A DNA stretch of 51,468 nt. It comes from Pseudomonadota bacterium. Lineage in GTDB: Bacteria; Pseudomonadota; Gammaproteobacteria; Steroidobacterales; Steroidobacteraceae. The stretch is taken from assembly GCA_021797465.1 (NCBI GenBank), contig JAJZZR010000254.1:1-51468 (forward strand), given 5' to 3'. The notes beneath the pieces were generated by a model that saw nothing but the letters and a program-made list of their open reading frames with translations, made no database searches and had not been told where the DNA came from. Within the stretch, counting starts at the first letter, position 1. Each line of letters opens with the position of its first letter. A program made the position numbers and the translations under genes. Positions 16,062 to 24,493 of this stretch are shown here, in pieces.

Positions 16062-18247
16062 TGGCCGACAACATCATCTGGCTCGATTTCAACGATGCAC
16101 CCGAGCAGCGCGAAGAGCCGGTCTCCGACACCGACGCGCTGCGCGTAGGGCTGCTGGACCGGCTCGAGGCCGTCCTCCACTACCTGTTTCCGCAGGGACG
16201 CATCCGGGGTGGCAAGTTCACCATCGGCGACGTCGACGGCAACCCGGGCAAGAGCCTGGTGGTCGAGATCGATGGACCACGACGCGGCCTCTGGAAGGAC
16301 TTCTCCACCGACGAAGGCGGCGACGTCATCGATCTGTGGGCGCGGTCGCAGGGTCGCTCCGCCCGACACGACTTCCCACGCATCGCCGGTGATATCCGGC
16401 AGTGGCTTGGCCTTGCCCCGCAGACGATCTCGCCCGTGCGCCGCGATGCTCGTAGCGTGCCGATGGACGACCTCGGCGCCTACACCGGCAAATGGGACTA
16501 CCTGACTCCCGATGGCGAACTGATCGCCTGCGTCTACCGCTATGACCCGCCGTCGGGCAAGGAGTACCGTCCATGGGATGTCCGCGCCCGCATGGGGCGC
16601 GCCCCCGACCCCAGGCCGCTCTACAACCAGCCGGCGATCTCGAAGCAGCGAGAGGTCGTCCTGGTCGAAGGTGAGAAGTGCGCCGATGCACTGATCACCT
16701 GTGGCATTGCGGCCACCACCGCCATGAACGGCGCCAAGGCGCCGGTCGACAAGACCGACTGGCATCCGTTGGCCGGGAAATCCGTCGTCATCTGGCCCGA
16801 TCGGGATGCGCCAGGCTGGGAGTACGCCGAGAGTGCAGCGCGTGCTTGCGTGGCTGCTGGCAGTGCGTCGGTGGCGATCCTGGTGCCACCGACCGACAAG
16901 CCGGCCAAGTGGGACGCGGCAGAGGCGGTCGACGAAGGCTTCGATTGCGCGACCTTCATCGCCCAGGGTGATCGGCGCATCGTGAAGGCGGCTGCGCCCA
17001 TGCTGCCCACATTCACGCTCGGTGCGCTGCTCGACGACAACTCACCGCTGCCGCCGGATCTGATCGCCCCGCGCGTGCTGACGCCAGCCGGCATGTTGGT
17101 GTTCGGTGGCGCGCCCAAGGTCGGCAAGAGCGATTTCCTGCTGTCCTGGCTGGCGCACATGGCTGCTGGCGCAGCTTTTCTCGGCATGCACCCACCCCGT
17201 CCGCTGCGGGTGTTCTACCTGCAGGCCGAGGTCCAGTACCACTACCTGCGCGAGCGTGTAAAGGATGTACGCCTGCCATCCCATCGGCTTCTAGATGCCC
17301 GTGCCAACTTCGTCGCCACCCCGCAGTTGCGGCTGGTGCTCGATGACGCGGGCCTGGCGCAGGTGATCCCCGCGATTGCGAATGCTTTTGGCGGCGAGCC
17401 CCCGGACATCATCGCCATCGACCCGATCCGCAACGTGTTCGACGGCGGCGATGCCGGTGGCGAGAACGACAACGGTGCCATGTTGTTCTTCCTGTCCCAG
17501 CGGGTGGAACGCATTCGCCAAGCCGTGAATCCGGACGCAGGGGTGATCCTTGCCCACCACACCAGGAAGCTCGGCAAGAAACAGTTCGAGGAAGACCCGT
17601 TCCAGGCACTGGCCGGCGCGGGAAGTCTGCGCGGCTACTACTCGACCGGGATGCTGCTGTTCCGACCCGACGAGACGCGCACGACCCGCCAGCTGATCTA
17701 TGAGCTGCGCAACGGCGCTGGCATCCCGCAAAGACACGTCGACAAGATCAACGGCGAGTGGCGCGAGGTCGACGCCAACGAGCGGCTGGTGATGAAGGAC
17801 TACGGCGAGCGCTTGGATGCCGAGCGCCGCCGCAAACGCGACGTGATCTTGCAGATCCTGTTTGACGAGGCAGCTCTTGGTCGTTGCTACACGGCCAACC
17901 AGTTCGCCGAGGGATTCGAGGGCAAGGCGGGACTGGGCGGCGAGCGCACGATCCGCGAACGACTTTCCGCGCTCTCCACTCAGGGCTACATCAAGTACTT
18001 CCGCAATGCGGCGGACTATGGTCTGCCGCCGGCCCGCACCAAGTTCGGTTACCTCTGCGTGGAAGGCATGGTCCTGCGCATACCGGCGGGCGAACCCAAT
18101 CCGGACACCGGCGAAGTGCCATTACGCGAACTCGCCGTACAACCCACCCACTTCAAATGCCCGCAATCGGGGGCCGCCTTGCCGGTCGAAAACCCCGAGG
18201 TGTGGGTTTACCAAGATGACATCAACGATTCTCAGGAGCCCGCATGA
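16058..18247 (+). CDS. Primase-helicase: Toprim domain fused to a RepA/AAA_25-like RecA-fold ATPase
   Basis: Toprim VVLVEGEKCADAL and WPDRDAPG. P-loop FGGAPKVGKSDF. ATGA overlap at 16058. Confidence 0.88.
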   Translation: MMADNIIWLDFNDAPEQREEPVSDTDALRVGLLDRLEAVLHYLFPQGRIRGGKFTIGDVDGNPGKSLVVEIDGPRRGLWKDFSTDEGGDVIDLWARSQGRSARHDFPRIAGDIRQWLGLAPQTISPVRRDARSVPMDDLGAYTGKWDYLTPDGELIACVYRYDPPSGKEYRPWDVRARMGRAPDPRPLYNQPAISKQREVVLVEGEKCADALITCGIAATTAMNGAKAPVDKTDWHPLAGKSVVIWPDRDAPGWEYAESAARACVAAGSASVAILVPPTDKPAKWDAAEAVDEGFDCATFIAQGDRRIVKAAAPMLPTFTLGALLDDNSPLPPDLIAPRVLTPAGMLVFGGAPKVGKSDFLLSWLAHMAAGAAFLGMHPPRPLRVFYLQAEVQYHYLRERVKDVRLPSHRLLDARANFVATPQLRLVLDDAGLAQVIPAIANAFGGEPPDIIAIDPIRNVFDGGDAGGENDNGAMLFFLSQRVERIRQAVNPDAGVILAHHTRKLGKKQFEEDPFQALAGAGSLRGYYSTGMLLFRPDETRTTRQLIYELRNGAGIPQRHVDKINGEWREVDANERLVMKDYGERLDAERRRKRDVILQILFDEAALGRCYTANQFAEGFEGKAGLGGERTIRERLSALSTQGYIKYFRNAADYGLPPARTKFGYLCVEGMVLRIPAGEPNPDTGEVPLRELAVQPTHFKCPQSGAALPVENPEVWVYQDDINDSQEPA

Positions 18248-18261
18248 GCACGCACCGACAA

Positions 18262-18458
18262 GTTGGCAAAACCGTTGCCAACGTCCCCCAGATTTTCGGA
18301 GACGTTGGCAAGTTGGCAAACACCTGCCAACTTAAAACGATTACAGATCAATGTGTTGCAGCGTTGTCGGCAAATTGGCAAATTGGCAGCGCTGCCAATT
18401 TGCCAACTAGCCCAAACCCGCGTCGTTGCTGGGTTTCCGGGCGTTTTGAAGTTGGCGA
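18262..18458. repeat. Iteron array, candidate phage replication origin
   Basis: Eleven copies or variants of GTTGGCA(A) in both orientations, including a 32-bp perfect palindrome at 18375-18406. Lies directly after the primase-helicase stop. Confidence 0.7.
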
Positions 18459-18540
18459 AAACTCCCCCTCCTACTACGTAGGAGAGGGAACAGACGTTCC
18501 CTCTGACCTACGTGGAGGGTCTTGCGGTGGACGGGTCGGG

Positions 18541-19020
18541 ATGACACGACCGCATGGTCAGCCATCGATCCTGGCATTGGATCTGGGCACCACCACCGGC
18601 TGGGCATTGCGTGGACGTGACAGCGCCATCTCCAGCAGCAGCGAGGCATTCAAGCCACAGCGCTTCGAGGGTGGCGGTATGCGCTACCTGCGCTTCAAGC
18701 GCTGGCTCACCGAGCTCAAGCAGGCTGCTGATGGTTTGAATGCGGTGTACTTCGAAGAGGTCCGTCGCCATGCCGGTGTCGATGCCGCCCATGCCTATGG
18801 CGGCTTCATGGCCCATCTGACCGCATGGTGCGAACACCACCAGATTCCGTACCAGGGTGTGCCTGTAGGCACGATCAAGAAGCATGCGACCGGCAAAGGC
18901 AATGCGAGCAAGGACGAGATGGTCGCTGCCGCCCGGCTTCGTGGTCATGCGCCCATGGACGACAACGAGGCCGATGCCCTGGCGATCCTGCACTGGGCCA
19001 TCGCAACGCAGGAGGTGTGA
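18541..19020 (+). CDS. RuvC-like Holliday junction resolvase
   Basis: ILALDLGTTTGWA, KKHATGKGNASKDEM, DDNEADALAIL. The internal ATG at 18541 is preferred because the upstream part of the ORF is the iteron array. Confidence 0.8.
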   Translation: MTRPHGQPSILALDLGTTTGWALRGRDSAISSSSEAFKPQRFEGGGMRYLRFKRWLTELKQAADGLNAVYFEEVRRHAGVDAAHAYGGFMAHLTAWCEHHQIPYQGVPVGTIKKHATGKGNASKDEMVAAARLRGHAPMDDNEADALAILHWAIATQEV

Positions 19021-19021
19021 C

Positions 19022-19234
19022 ATGAAGATCCCTACACCTCAGTACCGCAGCCCACTGGGACGGCTCGTGCCAGAGCCCCGACAAGATCCCGAAGAAATCA
19101 AACGCGAGGGCTGGCGCGACCAGCAGATCCTGGTGATCTCGCCCGACGACGCGCGACTCGACCGGGTCGAACGCGAGCTGCTGCGTCGCATCGGCGATCG
19201 CCTCTATGGCGAGAAGGGAGTCCGCCATGGCTGA
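19022..19234 (+). CDS. Hypothetical phage protein (70 aa)
   Basis: ATG lies 1 nt after the preceding stop. Small ORF overlapping the next start. Confidence 0.5.
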   Translation: MKIPTPQYRSPLGRLVPEPRQDPEEIKREGWRDQQILVISPDDARLDRVERELLRRIGDRLYGEKGVRHG

Positions 19235-19613
19235 GTGGACGATCGAGACCGTGGCCGACCGGTTCATCGAGGCGGCACGAACCGCCCACCGCCTGCCTCC
19301 TGTGCGGGTGCAGGGCTATTTCAACTGCTGGCCCACCATCGTGCGCATGCCGTGGGAGAACCTGGGCGAGGAACCGCCCCCGCGCTACTACCCGCCCGAT
19401 CCCGCAGCGATCGACCGGATGCTGGAGACCATGCGGTGGGTCCGGTGGCTCAAGGAGGAACAGCGCCACCTCGTCTGGATGCGGGCACAACACTACCCGT
19501 GGAAGGAGGTCTGCTGCCGCTTCGGCTGCGACCGGACGACCGCCTGGCGCCGCTGGCAGACGGCGCTCCAGCGGGTGGCGGGTACGCTAAACGGCCCGAG
19601 CCGGGGAGCTTGA
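19227..19613 (+). CDS. Phage protein with C-terminal HTH-like segment (possible middle/late regulator)
   Basis: AAGGGAG upstream of the ATG at 19227. WKEVCCRFGCDRTTAWRRWQTAL resembles a short HTH. Confidence 0.6.
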   Translation: MAEWTIETVADRFIEAARTAHRLPPVRVQGYFNCWPTIVRMPWENLGEEPPPRYYPPDPAAIDRMLETMRWVRWLKEEQRHLVWMRAQHYPWKEVCCRFGCDRTTAWRRWQTALQRVAGTLNGPSRGA

Positions 19614-19649
19614 CTGGCAATCTATTGCACTAAGTGGTATGCTTTGACG

Positions 19650-20036
19650 ATGAGAAGAGTGTTCCGGACCCGAACCTTCACCCGCTGGATGCGAAAAGCG
19701 GGTTTGACGGACGATGCCCTATGCGAAGCCGTCTCCGAGATGGCTCAAGGACTCGTCGATGCAGACCTGGGCGGCCATGTGGTGAAAAAGCGGGTCGCAC
19801 TGCCCGGACAGGGCAAGCGTGGCGGAGCCAGGACCATCGTGGCCACCAAAATGGCGGATCGCTGGTTCTTTCTCTACGGATTTGGCAAGAACGAGCGCGC
19901 CAATATCGACAAGGACGAACTGAAGGTGTTCCAGGAGATGGCGAAGGAACTACTGGGGTTCGATGACCGCCGACTGGCGACCGCTCTGACGGCCGGAGAG
20001 ATTGTGGAGGTGTGTGATGGCAACGACGAAGCGTAA
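19650..20036 (+). CDS. RelE/ParE-superfamily toxin (COG4737-type)
   Basis: FTRWMRKAGLTD...GGHVVKKRVALPGQGKRGGARTIVATK...FLYGFGKNERANI. Confidence 0.85.
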   Translation: MRRVFRTRTFTRWMRKAGLTDDALCEAVSEMAQGLVDADLGGHVVKKRVALPGQGKRGGARTIVATKMADRWFFLYGFGKNERANIDKDELKVFQEMAKELLGFDDRRLATALTAGEIVEVCDGNDEA

Positions 20037-20337
20037 AAGCCGAATTCTGGAGGAGATGCATGAAACTGCCCGTGGGCTGCACGGCGCTGGCTTGATCAGC
20101 AAGCGGCGTATGGGTGAGTTCGATGCTCTGTGCCATCTCGATGTCCACGAGATGGCCCCGCAGAAGATCAAGTCCCTGCGCGAACAAGCTCATGTGAGCC
20201 AGGCAGTGTTTGCCGCCGTGCTGAATACCAGCTTGTCCACTGTGCAGAAGTGGGAGGTCGGCGACAAGAAGCCGAGCGGCCCCTCTCTGAAGCTGCTGAA
20301 CCTGATCGAGCGCAAAGGGCTGGAAGCAGTCATCTGA
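20017..20337 (+). CDS. XRE-type HTH antitoxin (COG2944 / NadS-like)
   Basis: IKSLREQAHVSQAVFAAVLNTSLSTVQKWEVGDKKPSGPSLKLLNLI. GGAGG upstream. 20-nt overlap with the toxin. Confidence 0.85.
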   Translation: MATTKRKSRILEEMHETARGLHGAGLISKRRMGEFDALCHLDVHEMAPQKIKSLREQAHVSQAVFAAVLNTSLSTVQKWEVGDKKPSGPSLKLLNLIERKGLEAVI

Positions 20338-20503
20338 TCCGCTCTTACGCCTGGTTCGGCGAGGGCATTACATGAAATCGCCAACCGTTGCGAACCGCTG
20401 GGGAGTCCTGCGTAACGGTGCGGGTTTCAGCCACTTTTCGGCGTGCAACATCTTGAGGTTTTTTTGCTAGTATTACGGCTAATCTTGCGAGCATTGGGTG
20501 CGT

Positions 20504-20652
20504 GAAGGCCACGGAGCGATCCATGGCCTTCGTCGTTTCCGGCCCGCGATGGCCACGACCCGTTGCAACGGGTCCTTCCTGGCCAGAAAGCAATGCGGGG
20601 GGCGCGAGCGCGGCGCTTTTTTAGCATCAGACTGCAAACCTAGGTTTGCAGT
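20504..20652 (+). promoter_or_regulatory. Structured intergenic segment with hairpin and two perfect palindromes
   Basis: Hairpin GAAGGCCA...TGGCCTTC (20504-20531). 18-bp palindrome GACCCGTTGCAACGGGTC (20557-20574). 22-bp palindrome ACTGCAAACCTAGGTTTGCAGT (20631-20652). Confidence 0.5.
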
Positions 20653-20682
20653 TCGCACCCGCCCACCCAGCACACATCACGA

Positions 20683-20716
20683 ACCCGCCCACGGTTTCCC
20701 GTCGGCGGGTTTTTCG
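20683..20716 (+). terminator. Terminator-like hairpin immediately upstream of methyltransferase 1
   Basis: ACCCGCC-c-ACGG-tttc-CCGT-c-GGCGGGT followed by TTTTCGTTT. Confidence 0.6.
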
Positions 20717-20737
20717 TTTGAGGAACCGATTCTGAAC

Positions 20738-22141
20738 ATGCTCAACGTCGAGTACCGCAAGGTCGAGGCGCTGATCCCCAGCGCCCGCAATCCACGCACG
20801 CACACTGACGAGCAGGTGGCCAAGATTGCCGCCAGCATCGTCGAGTACGGCTGGACGAATCCGGTGCTGGTGGATGGCGACAACGGCATCATCGCGGGCC
20901 ACGGTCGTCTGGCCGCCGCGCACAAGCTGGGTTTGGATCAGGTGCCGGTCATCGAACTGGGCCATCTGTCGCCGGCGCAAAAGCGCGCCTACGTCATCTC
21001 CGACAACCGGCTGGCGCTCGACGCGGGCTGGAACGAGGAACTGCTGGCACTGGAACTGGCCGAACTGTCCGAGGCCGGGTACGGCCTTGCGCTGACCGGC
21101 TTCGAGGATGCCGAGATCGATGCCCTGCTGACCGACGGCATCGAGGACAACGACGGCGCCGTCGAGCAGGACACTGATAAACCGGATGCAGCCGATGACA
21201 TGCCCGAAGCTCCAGTGGTGCGGGTGTCCCGTACCGGTGATGTCTGGGCCCTCGGCACGCATCGCCTGATCTGTGGCGACGCCACCGATGCAGTTGTGAT
21301 CGCCGCGCTAATGCAAGGTGAGCAGGCCATGCTCTGCTTCACCTCGCCGCCCTATGGCAACCAGCGCGACTACGCCAGCGGCGGCATCACCGATTGGGAT
21401 GGCCTGATGCGCGGCGTGTTCGGCAATGTGCCGATGGCCGACGATGGCCAAGTGCTGGTCAATCTCGGGCTGATCCACCGCGACAACGAAGTCATCCCGT
21501 ATTGGGATGCGTGGCTTGGCTGGATGCGCACCCAGAGCTGGCGGCGCTTCGCCTGGTACGTCTGGGATCAGGGGCCGGGGATGCCCGGCGACTGGGCGGG
21601 CCGCTTCGCTCCGAGCTTCGAGTTCGTCTTCCACTTCAACCGCACCAGCCGCAAGCCCAACAAGATCGTGCCGTGCAAGCACGCGGGCCAAGAGTCTCAT
21701 CTGCGCGCCGATGGTTCATCGACTGCCATGCGCAGCAAGGATGGCGAAGTCGGCGGCTGGACGCACAAGGGCCAGCCGACCCAAAACACACGGATTCCCG
21801 ACTCGGTGATCCGCGTGATGCGCCACAAAGGCAAGATCGGTCAGGACATCGACCACCCGGCCGTATTTCCGGTCGCGCTGCCGGAATTCATGATCGCGGC
21901 CTACTCGGACGCGGGCGACATCGTGTTCGAGCCCTTCGGCGGCTCCGGCACGACCATGCTGGCCACCCAGCGGACAGGTCGCGTGTGCCGCAGCGTTGAG
22001 ATCGCCCCAGAGTACGTGGATGTGGCGATCCGGCGTTTCCAACAGAACCATCCGGGAGTTGCCGTCACCCTGGCGGCCACCGGCCAATCCTTCGACGAGG
22101 TCGCCATCGAGCGCCAAGTGCCGGAGGCAAACCATGACTGA
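20738..22141 (+). CDS. ParB-like nuclease domain fused to an N6A/N4C DNA methyltransferase (SPPY type)
   Basis: ParB-N (NPRTH...IIAGHGRLAAA), FTSPPY, FEPFGGSGTT. ATG at 20738 chosen because the upstream ORF extension covers the palindromes and terminator. Confidence 0.9.
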   Translation: MLNVEYRKVEALIPSARNPRTHTDEQVAKIAASIVEYGWTNPVLVDGDNGIIAGHGRLAAAHKLGLDQVPVIELGHLSPAQKRAYVISDNRLALDAGWNEELLALELAELSEAGYGLALTGFEDAEIDALLTDGIEDNDGAVEQDTDKPDAADDMPEAPVVRVSRTGDVWALGTHRLICGDATDAVVIAALMQGEQAMLCFTSPPYGNQRDYASGGITDWDGLMRGVFGNVPMADDGQVLVNLGLIHRDNEVIPYWDAWLGWMRTQSWRRFAWYVWDQGPGMPGDWAGRFAPSFEFVFHFNRTSRKPNKIVPCKHAGQESHLRADGSSTAMRSKDGEVGGWTHKGQPTQNTRIPDSVIRVMRHKGKIGQDIDHPAVFPVALPEFMIAAYSDAGDIVFEPFGGSGTTMLATQRTGRVCRSVEIAPEYVDVAIRRFQQNHPGVAVTLAATGQSFDEVAIERQVPEANHD

Positions 22142-23411
22142 CTTGCGCCATCCGGTGGCAGGCATCCAAATCGAGATGCGTCCCATCGACGTCCTCATTC
22201 CCTACGCGCGCAACGCAAAGCAGCATTCGGATGCTCAGGTGGCGCAGATCGCCGCCAGCATCCGCGAATTCGGCTGGGGGGCGCCGATCCTGGTGGACGG
22301 CCACAACAACGTCATCGCCGGCCACGGACGGTTGCTCGCCGCTCGCAAGCTTGGGCTTTCCGAGGTGCCGGTTGTGCCCATGGCGCATCTCACCGATACC
22401 CAGCGCCGGGCGCTGATCCTGGCCGACAACAAGATCGGCGAGAACGCCTCCTGGGAAGACGAACTGCTGGGCATCGAGTTGTCCGACCTGAAAGACGCCG
22501 GTTTCGATCTCGGTCTGACAGGTTTTTCTCCGGAAGAGTGGGAAACACTGATTGCAGGCGACGAAGCCACCAAGGACGGGCTCACCGACGACGATGCCGT
22601 GCCCGAGGTGCCCGAGACACCCATCTCCAAAACCGGTGATGTGTGGTTGCTGGGCGATCACAAGCTGCTGTGTGGTGATGCCACCAAGGCCGACGACTAC
22701 AAAGCACTGCTCGGTGACGAATTGCCGGACATGGCCTTTACCGACCCGCCCTATAACGTGAACTACGCCAACACCGCCAAGGACAAGTTGCGCGGCAAGA
22801 ACCGCCCCATCCTGAACGACAACCTGGGCGACGGCTTCGCAGCATTCCTGCATGCGGCCTTCCAGAACATTCTGGGCGTGACCAAAGGCGCGGTCTACGT
22901 GGCCATGAGTTCCTCGGAGCTCGATACGCTGCAATCGGCTTTCCGATCTGCCGGCGGTCGTTGGTCGACGTTCATCATCTGGGCCAAGAACACCTTCACG
23001 CTGGGCCGCGCCGACTATCAGCGCCAATACGAGCCTATCCTCTATGGCTGGCGCGACGGCACCGATCACTACTGGTGTGGCGCCCGCGATCAGGGCGATG
23101 TCTGGCAGATCAAGAAGCCACAGAAGAACGATCTTCACCCGACCATGAAGCCGGTGGAACTGGTGGAGCGTGCGGTAAGGAACAGCAGCAAGACGAAAGA
23201 CATCGTGCTTGATCCGTTCGGAGGTTCCGGCTCGACCCTCATCGCCTGCGAGAAATCCGGGCGACGGGCGCGGCTGATCGAACTCGATCCGAAGTACGTG
23301 GATGTGATCGTGCGCCGCTGGCAGGACTATGTCGGGGCGCAAGCCACCCGCTTGGCGGATGGCTTGGCGTTCGATCAGGCGGCAAGTTCTTCTTCGACGA
23401 TCTCGCAGTGA
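22134..23411 (+). CDS. Second ParB-like domain fused to an N6A/N4C DNA methyltransferase (DPPY type)
   Basis: ParB-N (NAKQH...VIAGHGRLLAA), FTDPPYNVNY, LDPFGGSGST. Confidence 0.9.
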   Translation: MTDLRHPVAGIQIEMRPIDVLIPYARNAKQHSDAQVAQIAASIREFGWGAPILVDGHNNVIAGHGRLLAARKLGLSEVPVVPMAHLTDTQRRALILADNKIGENASWEDELLGIELSDLKDAGFDLGLTGFSPEEWETLIAGDEATKDGLTDDDAVPEVPETPISKTGDVWLLGDHKLLCGDATKADDYKALLGDELPDMAFTDPPYNVNYANTAKDKLRGKNRPILNDNLGDGFAAFLHAAFQNILGVTKGAVYVAMSSSELDTLQSAFRSAGGRWSTFIIWAKNTFTLGRADYQRQYEPILYGWRDGTDHYWCGARDQGDVWQIKKPQKNDLHPTMKPVELVERAVRNSSKTKDIVLDPFGGSGSTLIACEKSGRRARLIELDPKYVDVIVRRWQDYVGAQATRLADGLAFDQAASSSSTISQ

Positions 23412-23743
23412 ATCACGAGGCCCGTCAGGTAAGGCAGGCCGCGCGGGATGCCATACTCCTTGCTGGTCTGGCGGCCAATCGTCCAGCCCATCCAGCGGGT
23501 GACCGCCGCGTGGGCCGCTTGCTGGATGGTCTGGCACCGGAGCATCTCGTTGAGGATGTCATCGGCAAAGTGCCGCCCGTGGCGGCTGTCGAGGAAGGCC
23601 CTGACCGATTCGAGGGGCTGGCAGGTGGCGTCCGAGATCGCGGTCATCGCCAGTTGCCACGCTGCAGCGGCGTGCTCGTTCATCGTGCCCCAAAAGCCCC
23701 AGGCTTCGTTTTGGGTGGCGAGGATTTGCTTGGTGGTGGTCAT
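23375..23743 (-). CDS. Hypothetical protein (122 aa), leftward accessory gene 3
   Basis: AAGGAG 7 nt before the ATG at 23743. Preceded by cassette copy B. Converges on and overlaps the methylase 3' end by 37 nt. Confidence 0.7.
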   Translation of the reverse strand: MTTTKQILATQNEAWGFWGTMNEHAAAAWQLAMTAISDATCQPLESVRAFLDSRHGRHFADDILNEMLRCQTIQQAAHAAVTRWMGWTIGRQTSKEYGIPRGLPYLTGLVIHCEIVEEELAA

Positions 23744-23810
23744 CGTTGTCTCCTTCGGGTTGATCGTTTCGACACCCGTATGAACGCGCTGTTCGATTGA
23801 GAAGCCAAGC
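23744..23810 (-). promoter_or_regulatory. Promoter/operator/5'UTR cassette, copy B
   Basis: Minus strand: GCTTGGCT-tctcaatc-GAACAGCGCGTTCAT-acgggtgtcgaaacg-ATCAAC-ccg-AAGGAG-acaacg-ATG. Confidence 0.6.
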
Positions 23811-23863
23811 GCTTTCTGAATCTTTTTTTTCGGGGCGGCGGGAGTTCGCCGCCCCGGTAGGAA

Positions 23864-24412
23864 TCACGCAATTCGGTAGATACGCTCGCCGCCCTCGGGC
23901 TTTTCCGAGGTCATGGTGAGGCCCAGTTTTTTCTTGAATGCGCCGGCAAAGGTGCCGCGCACGGTGTGCGCCTGCCAACCGGTCGCTGCGCAGATCTGAT
24001 TGATGGTCGCCCCCTCCGGGCGCTGCAGCATCTGGATCACGGCCGCTTGCTTGCTGTTCTCGCGGTTGCGGGGCTTGCCCTCGACGTCGACCTTGCGCAG
24101 CCGCTTGGCCGCCTCGTGTTTTTCTTGCGCCCAGTTGGCCTCCGCCGCCGACACGGCGGCCTCGACCTCGTGGTCAGGGTGAAGGGTGGTCGGCGTCGGT
24201 CGGGCGCGCCCAAGGGCGTCGTAGCCCTCGGGCGCGACGAACCAGTCAGTGCCATCGGTGGTGATCAGCGCGCGGTTGGACATCCCATCGAGCACCTTCT
24301 TGCGTGCGCCGCCTTTGATGTTGTCGGGGAACCATTCGATCTTGCCGCCCGTGTGTTCGATGGCGTAGGCGAGGATCGCGTGCTGGGCAGGGGTCAGTTG
24401 GATGGTGCTCAC
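23864..24412 (-). CDS. DUF3489-like protein (182 aa), leftward accessory gene 2
   Basis: GTG at 24412 with AAGGAG 6 nt upstream. C-terminal SKQAAVIQMLQRPEGATINQICAATGWQAHTVRGTFAGAFKKKLGL is winged-helix-like, recalled as DUF3489. Confidence 0.78.
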   Translation of the reverse strand: MSTIQLTPAQHAILAYAIEHTGGKIEWFPDNIKGGARKKVLDGMSNRALITTDGTDWFVAPEGYDALGRARPTPTTLHPDHEVEAAVSAAEANWAQEKHEAAKRLRKVDVEGKPRNRENSKQAAVIQMLQRPEGATINQICAATGWQAHTVRGTFAGAFKKKLGLTMTSEKPEGGERIYRIA

Positions 24413-24477
24413 TCGATGCTCCTTTGTGGTGGTTGATGGTGTGGTCATGAACGCGCTGTTCGCAGTAGAAGCCAAGC
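24413..24477 (-). promoter_or_regulatory. Promoter/operator/5'UTR cassette, copy C
   Basis: Minus strand: GCTTGGCT-tctactgc-GAACAGCGCGTTCAT-gaccacacc-ATCAAC-caccaca-AAGGAG-catcga-GTG. Confidence 0.6.
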
Positions 24478-24493
24478 GTTTTCCGCTTCTTTC

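Noticed and set aside
18262-18458. Possible CRISPR array
   Set aside because: The repeats are only 7-8 bp, occur in both orientations, abut each other without spacers, and no cas genes are present. They are interpreted as iterons.
18244-18540. N-terminal 99 codons of the ORF track's 258-aa RuvC-like ORF
   Set aside because: This stretch is made of the GTTGGCA iterons and hairpins. The RuvC fold begins right after the internal ATG at 18541.
20498-20737. N-terminal 80 codons of the 547-aa methyltransferase ORF
   Set aside because: It covers two perfect palindromes and a terminator-like hairpin. The ParB domain starts at the ATG at 20738, parallel to the paralogue's start.
23823-23856. 10-bp GC hairpin after the DUF3489-like gene, considered as a terminator
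   Set aside because: The T8 run precedes the hairpin on the plus strand, so it becomes an A8 run after the hairpin on the minus-strand transcript. It is therefore not a canonical intrinsic terminator in either direction. It is noted only as a hairpin that may still pause or stabilise RNA.
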